Shown piece by piece: positions 52,423 to 64,000 of a stretch of 64,000 nucleotides of DNA. Below the pieces are notes generated by a model that saw only the letters and a list, made by a program, of their open reading frames with translations, was not told the DNA's origin and did not search any database. Position numbers and translations under genes: made by a program. Origin of the DNA: Mytilus trossulus (taxonomy: Eukaryota); contig NC_086382.1 of the NCBI RefSeq assembly GCF_036588685.1, positions 56,482,001 to 56,546,000 of the forward strand. Reading direction: 5' to 3'. Each line of letters opens with the position of its first letter. Position 1 is the first letter of the stretch.

Positions 52423-55400
52423 TTATGATGAAAAAAAACAAAACAATGAATATTGTAAAAATTAATTTATGTCCTAAAATGCACCATCATAATTTTATTG
52501 TAGAAATAAAATATTTAAAATGGTCATACAAATGACGATCGGTTATAATATAAATAAAATACATGTTTCTTAAATATATAAATACATATTTCTTAAAAAC
52601 ATTCCAAACAAAATTCAAAAATTATATATATCATTATAATGACAATATGTTCAATAATTCTAGCATGAAAAATCATTGGATATAAATAATGGCTGAATCT
52701 GAATAGAATGGGACGATTATAGGGTTAACATAAAGGTTAACATAACTCTGGTAAATAAATTATTAAATACATTGGTTATTTTTGATAGATTAATTACATT
52801 TGTTAATGACAGAGTATGCTCCTACCTTTGAAACAGCAAGAAATCCCATAAATACAATGTAATCGTACAGTAACACAATACTAGTTCTTTTGTAATAAAG
52901 TCATAAACGAAGTCAAGTTGTTACTTTCAGAACACTTCAACTTTATTTAATTTGAATGAAATTACCATATATCACAAAAATTATACATGAATGAAATATT
53001 AATTATTCGTAAAATTGTTGTTATAGTTCAAACGATTTTCCTGCTTTAATTTTGATCGTATATTCAAATTTTATTCATATTGGTCCGATTATCAGTTTCC
53101 CGTCATTAGATTCTTTCATCTTAAACGTGTAAATCAAACAACTATGGAAGAGTATATTGTACATTTTGTTACATAAAATAAGTATTTAGTTAAATATTAT
53201 TATTATTTATTAATCTAAATATCATAAAGACTTTTTTCTGAACCTTGAAAATATTAATCATTTTCCAAATTTTTAACGTCGTTTTCACAACTACATCCGA
53301 AGTATAGATTTGTTACATTTAAGAAGCAAAACATGAAATATTTTGCATTGAATTGAACCGAAATTCAATTGATACCTGGTGAAAATAGAGTTTCAATTAA
53401 ATATAAATTGTTCCCATCAACCATTGCGAGTAGAATGTTGATTTGTAAATGACCTTAGCCTCTGCATAGGTTTGGAAATGACAATAAAAACAAATTTATC
53501 ATCTCATAATATAAAGAATTGTCGATGCCGGTAGAGAATCTATATTAATGGCTGGCACACACATTTCAAAGGCTAAACACTCCAATGAAACACAATTATT
53601 GTAACGACAATTTTAAACTCAACCCTGCAGACAGTTTATTTGAAGGTCAGTTTATAAGCAACATGAAAGGTCAAAAATGTTTGGTACAACTACAGCATGT
53701 TTACAAAAAAATAAAATGAATATACTCCAAGACATGTGTCTATTGAATATTTACATCAGTGTTTTTTAGGAGGGGGGGGGGGGGGGGGGGTTCTACAATT
53801 TTTCATCATAACATAAAACAAAAAACTTACAAAAAAGAGCTGGGGATATTAAACAGTGAACAACCAAAACAACTGCTGAAAGAATGTTAAACAATAATCA
53901 AACTTTCAAATAAATTTATATATGTGATACATATATATAACTATAAAGCAAAAATGCATACAAAAACTTGACAAAACTAACGAAATTTATTTAACCATTA
54001 CTCATTGATTTGATTTTATTTTAAGAAATATATACTAAAGTGACAAAATCTTAAAAAAAGAATAAAATAGCAATATATATATATATATATTTCAACAAAA
54101 CGCAAAGAGAAAAGCACAGATTGAATTTAAAAAATGATATTTTTGTTACATGTTTGACAAATTAAAAAAAACATCTCTTGGTTGTAAGATATTATTCCCT
54201 TATCGTATTAAATATTCCTTTATTATCTTCTAGATAGAATAATGCATTTCAAGACATGTAAAACTTACAAAAGAGTATAAAATTTGATAGTATGGAAAAT
54301 AAAGAACTAATTATCTTTCTAGACAATAAGAAGCTAATAATTTTTTGTCAATACAAAATCATTCACAAACGTGATTTGTAGACTAGTTTAATTTTGTTTC
54401 GATGATGTTTTTCCTGGTTGCAAAGAATTTTTAAGGACGATTGATTAGATAAGTTAGACAAATTATCAAAAATAAAAAATAAAAAATAGCAAGAAGGAAA
54501 ATAAAAAAAAATTTCAAAGAGAAAATACAATCATGTGAGGTTTATCAACCGATCATACTTTTGTAAAAAAATCGGAACACAATACAATTTGGCGATAATT
54601 TAAAGCAGGATTCATTACATATTCAAATATGCACACACAAAATATATAATTTAACAAAGGTCAATGTCTATGTATTGATTTTGGGTTTTTCCTGCTACAG
54701 TTCAACCCATATGTGTTTTAATATTGTTTACTCCATAACAAAATATTATAATATAAACGGAAAAAAAACCAAAAATACAGCCAGAAAAATCCCTCGATCA
54801 TAACAGACTGAGAATGTTGGGGAGCAGATCAGTTATCTTCTTAAATATAACTTATCATTATCGTGCTTATGTTTCGATCTTAAACCGTAAGTAATAAACT
54901 CATCAATCAAAAGAGTGCGAAAAAAATATATTAACAAAACTACCGAACTCCAAGGACAATTCTGAATAGATGTCCCTTAACAAATTCAAAATCAAAAGCT
55001 CAAACACATCAAACGAATGAATTTTTTATAGGTCAATCATAACTTTTCCAGAAAGACAGTTAATACAATGATAGAGGAATCAACTTTTTGAATGAACAAA
55101 CACAAGTCCACCAAACACAACCCAGAAACATTTGAGATTCAGAGAGCAACGAAACCTGAAAGGTAAGCAGTTCATATTCCTCCATTAAGGAGGTCTGCAA
55201 TTAGCCAAAAAAATGTTGTTCTTTATTTTCATTCATTCATTCATTATTTAGCTCGACATTTCATTGATCTTTGATTATAAAAATGAATTTCTAGGCAATA
55301 AATTCCTGCGTTTTGAGATAAAACGTATTTTGATTTATTAAAGTATACTATAAAAAGAAACATGTTTGTTCACCCCGACCCTCAAATATATTTGTCATTT

Positions 55401-58400
55401 AAGTCCATATTTCAACAAACACGTTATACTCTAAAATATTAACATGTTAATAGAAAAGAAATAGGAAAAAGATATTCTAATCATCAAGATGCAGGTAAGT
55501 ATTTATCAAAAGTTCTTCCCGGTCACCATCAATGGCACATTCAAGAATATTTGTTAACAGTAAATATAAAAGATTGCCGCTAATATCGAAGCCGTATGTT
55601 CTTTCTGATTTTACTGAAGGGTATTAGATTTTAAAACATGGAAGAAAGATGATGCCAGGATAAAGAATATCAAAACAAGTGTTGTTCATAGTAGGAAAAG
55701 AAATAGTAAGTATAATGGAATACAGTTAGACTGTCCCTTTTGGTATCTTTCGTCCCTCGTTTAGCATTTATCTATCTCAAATTACAACCAGAAAAAGAAC
55801 TACAGAAACTATCCAAAGAAAAACAAAACATATATGTTTATTACATATGGACTATTTTTTGTAACTAGTTGAAGTTATAGTTAGTTGATTTAGATGAATG
55901 AAAAGGTCTGGTCTGTTTTCATTAAAGCCAGAAAATGCACAACTGCAGACACAATACAGTGAACATTATAACACTTATCATTGTTGACACCAAATTGTTC
56001 TCATAAGATAAAACTTTTTCAGGTATGCTCTTTGTATCTCATGTTACAAACACATATTCCATTTACCACGAATCATATTTAAAAAAAAATGCTATGTCAG
56101 TCTCAACCAATGTAAAATTGACAATGTAAACAACTCAAAGAAAATTTTATTATTACCAGTTAGGTTTATTTTCAAAGAAAACATATATTTTACATATGCC
56201 TTTGTATATAAAAGCCATTATAAAAGACAAAACTTGCATACATTAGTAGGGTACAAGATGGTTTATGTATTATTCCACCCGTTAAAATATGATAAATAAA
56301 TTACATTAAGTTTACATGTGTTTCCTTGTCATTTACTGCTATTAATGGTAATTGTTATCAATTCTGGCCATCAGTTATGGTTTTTAATGTTAACGATATC
56401 CAAACTGTGGTGTTTTATTTCTAGTCTCCCTCTTAGTATAATTTATTACTTTACGTGAAAAAGATATTTTTCTGTATAATGGTATCATATTTCAATACTG
56501 CTCAGTTCTAATTATCGTTCAATATCGCTATTCAATGAAAGCTATTAGGAATCAAGAACGGCAAATTAATCACCTAAAAACCGAGATAAATCACAGATTC
56601 AAATGATTGGCCTACACAAAATGGCTACCAGAGCGACTCTAAACGTAGTCACTTCACAATTAAAATTAATTGAATGTTTAGTTGAAAGAAAAACAAACAA
56701 AGATTTACTAACTTGATAAGGCTTGTTTCTTGTTTTTGTAGGTAACGTCTTGCTTCCGAATAGTACACCATTCGGAATCCTAAAACGGATGAAGTGAATG
56801 ACGATAAAGGACCAATGTCAGGCTAAGTGATTGATGACAATATGATTTGATTAATTCAAAGAAAAGTGTGTTTCTTGTAGAACGTTGAACATTTGTTGAC
56901 TTTTTGCTGTTAAAATCAGCATACCTCGCTGTTTTCCGAGCAGGTGTGAGATTTTAGTTTTGTGAAGTATTTTTCACATTTGACCTTATTCCGTTTACCA
57001 GTAAACTGGCTAAAGTGATTTCGATAACTTTTTTCTTCTGCTCGTGATGTTTAACGATAATTTAATGATTGAATTAAATGAGGCAGTTTTGAAACATGTG
57101 AGAAAGATAGATGACTTTATTATTGCTAATCAATAGGATTTTAGTGAGTTTTAAATGATAATATTAAACCAAATGATTGCAGAAAGAACACGTTCAATGG
57201 ATGAAACCTATCTGTCTCAAATATGAATTTATATATATTTGATACCAATATCAAGGTTTTATTCCCAAACAAGGTTCGTACATTGTGGGATGAAACCTCA
57301 TTTTTTAGTTCTGTTTTTGTTGTCCACAAGTCCTTTTCTGTGATGTTGTGTATGCATATATCGTCGAAATGACATTTAAGAAAATGTTCAAAACATCCTT
57401 AATTTGTCAAAAGATAAAGTAGAAGGAGAACTATTCTTCATATCAAAATTTTTCATTTACAGGTCTATTTTGGTGTGATACGAGTTACGTTTGTAGAAAT
57501 CCTGCATTTTGGTAATAATACTGATGACGTGAACACTATAGCAAACTAACAAATTTTAGACGGGGACAGGGGAAGCTTTTGTGAACTTAAAAGGTGCATC
57601 TAAATATGAACAACAACTAAAAACAAAATGATTTCAAATTAAAATTCAAAACGGAAAGTTAAAAAGGTTAAACGCATCAAAGGAATGGAAAACGATTGTC
57701 ATATTCGTGACTTGGTACAGGCATTTTTATCAAAAAAAGGTAATTACTTATACAGTACAAGCATCATTTTTAAATTGGCACTTGTGCTTTCTGTTAATGG
57801 AATATGAATTCACCAGTTTTATAAAGACATATACCTTAATATATTTGAAATGCCTTTAGTATTCGCAGTAGAGGAAAAAGCTCTTTTGTATTTTCAACTA
57901 TAAGACCTGACTGATTGGAGATTCATTATCGAAAGCTTTTCTTAATACTTATAATTGTGAACAAACAAGGTTTACTTTCAAAATATCAAAATCAGGACAG
58001 TAACAAGTGCAAAATGTCAATAAATATTTTTAAAGGTTTAAAACATAGACATAGTATAAATAATGTAAATATAATCATTCAAACAAAACCCAAAACTAAA
58101 CAACAAAATTCATCAAACTTTCTAGACAAAAATACTTCAAAAACAGAGAAAAAAAACATTAACAAGGACACAAACAATAAAATATTATGAGATAACAAAA
58201 CATCCAACTAAAACCAATAACAAATAAGAGAAATAAACAAAAAGCCATATCACTCCCATCCAATATAAACCAATAGATGACAGAACAAAAAGTAAAACCA
58301 TACGGTCAAATGAGAAACAAATATCATTATAGATACAGATGTCTTTACATATGTTGGCAATAGTTCATGAGAGTATAAAATGAGATGTGTGGTAAAGCTA

Positions 58401-61400
58401 ATTAAACAGCAATATACATGTTTGGTTGTATGCATCTAATGCCCTTTGTTTATTGCCCTAATTGGCACGGCTATGTGTATGCAGGTGCTTGCTTGAACCT
58501 TATTTTGAGAAATAAAGACGAAAAACGTTAACTGAAATTTATGTAGTCCATGGCTACTAAAATATATGCAGCAGTATATCAATTTTGCACTTTTATTTCA
58601 CTAGTAAATCAATTTTATCTTGAATGACAATTTTGATCCGAACGTTGCTAGATATACTTAAAATTATCCTTTCATTTTCGGCTAATCAGTTAACTTTTAA
58701 AATAAATTTCATAACCTACTGAATTGTCCACAGAGCTGCTGAACATTTCAGTTCTTAATTGACTGCAAAAGAATGGCAAGAAAATATGACTACTAGGCAA
58801 ATTCAGAAATTTGGAGTTTGACAAAATCAATTGCTATCAACCATCGGAACAATTTAAAGACAAAATATAAAGGGTGATAATTAAGGTGTCTATGTTAAAA
58901 CTCAGAAAATATTTTTTTTAATATAAAATTTTAGAGTATCAATGTATATAAACAAAGTAATATATAAAAGAGGTTTGGGTGAAACAATATCATATGTAAA
59001 AAAACAGACAACGTCAATGCCTTAAAAAAGACAAATAAACACAAATAGAGCAATAAAGAGAAGACAAACAATTGGTAGGATGCAAACAGGACAAGTAAGC
59101 TAATTCTAAACGACAGATTAAAACTAACTTTTCAAATGTTTCATAGAATAGAAGTTCATATTTGAATGTGTAAGTTTAGGTAACAGATTACATTGAATGA
59201 GTGACTAATATTACGTAATATTAAAAGTTTGTAAACAAAAGTAAGTTAATATAAACTGTACCTTCCACTGAATGTGTTGTGTGTGCATATAGCTGTAGGT
59301 TAGGTGTTTTTACTTCTTGCATATTTAGATTCCATTTCGAATTCTGTAAATAGTTAAAGAGTGCCATGAGTGATAGTGTAAATATTTTGAATTTTATTAG
59401 AATTAATGAATAACAATATTGTAAACATAAATACTCCAGCCAGTAGGCAAGCTGCTGTTTATGTATTGTTAACCACACTTTTATTTAGTTTCTCATAAAA
59501 TTAGAATTGTAAATTTAACATTATACTCCTAGTAAAAGGTTGATTATTTCACTATCATGGATCTAGGTCATTTTCTTCATTCATAAAAATTATTCAAATT
59601 TATTCATTTATTTTCACTATTTTCCACTTGTATATTTATGTAAATTGTTATTACAATTGACTTCTTTCAAACATCATTATCATAATTCTTAAATGGAAAG
59701 CTAAATTGAAAACCGATACATAAAAGTTAAAGTTAAAAAAAAGAACAGGGATTCTTTAACAAATGTGCAAAGAGTATGGGCAAGTATACTATGGATAAAA
59801 ATTGTAAAATGAAACGAAAATAATCGTACATGATTTAAATTAAAGATTATCATTTAATTTCAAGCTTCATAAATATAAATACTTAATATATATTTTTTTA
59901 GTTTATTAATGAATCTGACTAAAACTCGAACAACATGTAAAACACGATATAGCATAAAGATTTGTTAGCCACATTTTAAAGTTGATGGTATTTGATATAA
60001 TAACTTATATATCTATTTCCATCTCAATATCAGTTGCAACACTACATAAAGTATTTCATGCAACATCACAAAAATAGTATTCAGTGTATTTTTTTTATAT
60101 CGTCTTAAATTTTATCTATAGTCAAACTTGACGAAAGGACTGATTAAGGACAATCAAGATATGTGTTCATACATCTTCTGTCTTTATGCTTAGTTTGAAA
60201 CAATGTAGTCATCTTTTAACATTACAAAACAATATTGCATTGATATATTTTAACATGTAAAATATACTGTATTGTCCATGTAACAGTTCAAATTAGACAG
60301 GTTGTTTTATACAAATTACATTCATTAAAAATACTGATTATAAAAAAAACAGTGTTCCTTTTACATAGGTGATAAAAAAACAATCGTTAAAAATGCGTCC
60401 ATGGCCAATTACAGAAAATTGTCTATTTATTAGAAAAATGCTATCGTGGCGGTATTGACCAACGAAACCAATTCACATACATTGTTAAAACGGTTAGAAT
60501 TATTTTAATTTTAGAACTTGTTTAGACATTTTATAAATTACAGCTAAATGGGTATCTATTGTATGAACAACTTTTCATTTATTGAAGGAAATCTGCAACT
60601 TTTTTATGCATGTTTGTGATAAGAAGCTGTGTCGCTGACACTTTCCCACTCTTTTCTTGAAGAATACTCATCCCCGTTTAACTATTTACATGCAAATGAT
60701 CTGTTTTTAGGAAAATGATGATTTAAAAGAATTAATAGAAAAAGATACTGGGAATTATCATTTAATCCATCTGATTTAGCTGGGTTCCTATCACATAATC
60801 TTTCGTTTTCATCGCGTTATATATTTGTTGAATTGTTTACCTTTCCCTTTTTGCAACGCTGTCTCTTTGGTATGTTTTTCATTGCTTATAGGTATATTGT
60901 TACCGTTTACAATCAAATCAAATTATATTATTGAAATAAAGAATATGTTATCGGCAATGCCTATCTCTTTATTTTGTTTTGGGGGAGTACTTGTTGCTCA
61001 ATCTTTTGTTTTTCTGTGATGTGTTGTGAATACATTGTTTGCTCTTTTGGCGTTTTTCTTTTTGTGTCATGCTATTGTCAGTTTGATTCGAAACCGAAAG
61101 CCTCTCGTCAACATATGTGTGTCGCACCGACCTCCATCTGTGATCTGTATGATTTCCATAAAGCTAACACATACTTTTAATATTAAACTACCTAATCAGC
61201 CAAAAAAAAAAAATTTGGTACGAAATAATAGTGATAACTTCTCAGTTTTTGTTTTTGTACATATACTTTTTGTACTATCGAAAAATAAGTAATTACTGCA
61301 GATTAAATCTTTTTATATAATTTATGATTAATGATGATTTTTGAGTTATTAGCTGATTTGCGTTTCAGATAAAAGTTCAAAGACAGCGGGTGACTACCCT

Positions 61401-62490
61401 ATATAAACGACTGAAACATGAGTATATATCAGGAAAGATAACGACTAAACAAATAAAAAAATGAAAATTACAATAGATACATTTATACCGTGACGAATTA
61501 TATGCAATATTAATTTTATGATCAACCTATTTTGATAATATAGACCCTTTCCTAGGATAAGGAAGATTATAACACACATGATGTACCAACGCCAGGTGCG
61601 AATCTGTGGAACCAATTACAAGAAACAGACACATTATGGCCTAAAACAGCTAAATATGACGTGATTATTGTGTCAAATTACGCATGAAATACGGCAAATT
61701 AAATGGTTATATGCGCAATCTTTGATGAGAGCACTTCAAAACTTACTGCATGGTTAATAGGCTTAATGACTCCATTTAGAACATTTAATGCATGTTTATT
61801 GCTCTGATGCGTGCTCTGCTGTTTTCGGCAATAATAATGATAAAAGCTTTTTATAAATTGGTGTCAATACTATGAAATAAAAATTATAGAAAAATTACAA
61901 TTAGATGGCGCCTTAAATTTTGAGTATAATTAGGTTAAGCCCGAAATTTTAAAATTTGCAATCTTTTATAATACCACATATATGTTAGAAGAACTGTGGT
62001 TTTTGCAGGGTTGGCTTTGGCTGGTTTTATAAATGGTCATTTAGATTAATTATAGGCATGAAATTTATAATTCGATTATCTTTAATGAATACAATTTCAT
62101 TTTGATATGAATTCACCGTGAATAGAACGCAGTATCTTTGGTACGCATGAACCAAATTCGTTTCCACTCAAAAAGTAAAGGCCACACATTCAAGAATACA
62201 TATAGTCAGAAGTGTTACACTTGTTACATGAAACACCAAGCAACCAAGGAGTACAGTTTATGTACTTTTTAGTATAATATCAGTTTAGAAAAGGCTTCAT
62301 TTTACATATAGGAAACATTTTTCAATTATAATCTAAATGATAGTATATTCAAATTATTACATGGATACCACCAAAAAGTTTGTAATCGTAAATAATGATA
62401 ATGTGAAGTTTATTCCAAGAACAATACATACCTACCAAGAAATTATTAATAAGTATAATGGGTCATTTAATGTCAAATGGTAGCTAATTA

Positions 62491-62850
62491 AGACGAATCG
62501 CGTACTTCCGTATCGAAATATAAACCTTGTACCGTTGATAATTATTTACGCCACTGGAACCCGAGCATATCACTAGCCCAGTAGTATCAATTCGGTGTTG
62601 ACATGAATATCAACTATATGGCCATATTTATAAATGTTTGCAAAAGTAAGAATTATTGAAAAACTAAGGATTACATTGGCCGTAGTTGGCACAACTTTTT
62701 TGAATTTTGGGTCTTCAGTGCTCTTCAACTTTGTACCTGTTTGATTTTTTAACTATTTTGATCTGACCGTCACTGATGAGTCTCATGTAGACATGTAGAC
62801 GAAACGCGCGTCTTGGGTTTCGAAATATAAGCCTGGTACCTTAACTATTA
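62491..62850 (+). mobile_element. Retrozyme-like copy, slightly more than one unit
   Basis: Starts with the 3' half of a decayed hammerhead (agacgaatcgcgt), crosses the unit junction (gataattatttacgccactgg), follows the 34422 unit with deletions and ends cctggtaccttaactatta. Confidence 0.88.
62767..62818 (+). ncRNA. Hammerhead motif with intact core, lengthened stem II and damaged stem I
   Basis: ccgtca-CTGATGA(62773-62779)-gtctcatgtagacatgtagac-GAAA(62801-62804)-cgcgc-GTC-ttgggt. Confidence 0.65.
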
Positions 62851-64000
62851 CGAGACATGCTTAAAAGATGTTGGTAATAGAAGAATAAAACATTGAACCT
62901 TGAATGTTCAGCTAGCCGTTGGTGTGCTTTTGAGTAGCTTGGTAATGATATATACATAAAAGATCACATTTGACGAGGGGTTTAACACATCTTATAATTA
63001 AAGCCTTAAATCAGGATTTCACTAAAGTAATACCGTACTGACGATTCATTTTCCTTCTAACCATGTTTCTTACAAGGTTAGTATGTCTCTTACTACGTTT
63101 TTTCGTATGAAATATTTCATCAATTGATTTTTATATCTTTCTCACAGTAGCGCTAGTTCATTGCGATTAAAGTGCTTTAATGCCGTTAAAGTGGCTTCTC
63201 TGTTTTGTTTTAACATCAGTTCCCTGTTATTAATTTTGTGTTTAACAATTGCCTCGACATTATCCATTATCAAACAATGGCGGATCAGTCTGAGGTTACA
63301 TATGATTTATCGGAGATGTCTGAGAGTACACAAATGTCCATAACAAACCATTAACAGGGGAAGACGTGATATTATTTTACACAACCCAATTTTGAAGACT
63401 TCGCTTCAAAGATGAACTAATTTTAAGAAAGGACAATATCACTGTCAAAGTGTCGAATGTTTGAACATTGAGAAACGTTAGAGAAGGCCCATTAACAAAT
63501 GTCATCCATTTTGAACTGTAAAAAAAAATGAAAAACAAACTTTAGGAGAACGATATCCAGGAAAACATTATAATCAATCTTTTCCAAATGACAAAGTCAA
63601 GAAAGATGTTTTCCGATGTTCTTCAGGCGCGACACCAGAAACCAGAAAAATACCTTCAATAGTTCAAGATTTGTCATTCGATTAGATTATTTCAAAACTT
63701 GAAATTAAAGGAGCAACATTTACCAATTTATGTGTTCTAAACACAAAAGTGATGAAATGATGCTTTTTTCTTAACGTCTTATGACTTTTTTCGTGAATAA
63801 GCCCGTATATTCATACAAAGCATGATTGCAACCATATACATTGTTTATTGCATATACCATACGTGTCGGTCGTTGCAAATGCTTAAATGATGATCTTGGT
63901 TAATGTATATGTGAAACAGACTATCCAAAAATAGACAGGTAACTGAGGAGAGTAATATACCTGTAATGAAGACTAAATGGGGACGATAAAAATGAAGCAA

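Noticed and set aside
55489-56830. Plus-strand ATGCAG|gtaagt and a possible terminal exon near 56742
   Set aside because: Isolated splice-like signals with incompatible phases and no recognisable product.
3537-63343. The remaining 60-106 aa ORFs in the supplied track
   Set aside because: Short, often starting at TTG/GTG, dominated by F/L/I/K/Y/N as expected from AT-rich non-coding DNA, and many lie inside repeats; only 27251-27631 has a recognisable motif.

Overview
AT-rich eukaryotic genomic DNA, almost entirely non-coding and repeat-laden. The repeat families resemble those I recall from mytilid bivalves (Mytilus-like); this assignment is an inference. No intact long ORF is present, and nearly all ORFs in the supplied track look spurious. 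The most notable content is a family of ~357-bp hammerhead-ribozyme retroelements (retrozyme-like). A near-identical tandem dimer lies at 34065-34773, with an intact minimal type I hammerhead in unit 2 and a core-mutated one in unit 1. Other copies lie at 62491-62850, 20438-20621 and 14500-14745, plus more decayed fragments. A fossil Penelope-like reverse transcriptase (47909-48430) represents the class thought to mobilise such elements. Also present: a full tRNA-derived SINE with a TSD, four TIR MITEs, a perfect 55-bp-arm foldback with a 9-bp TSD, two 5'-truncated LINE 3' ends, a ~2-kb 41-bp minisatellite with higher-order structure, many copies of unclassified dispersed repeats, and three frame-compatible candidate exons on the minus strand (27076-31072). 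All calls come from reading the sequence by eye; family names are recalled, not database results, and boundaries of decayed repeats are approximate.
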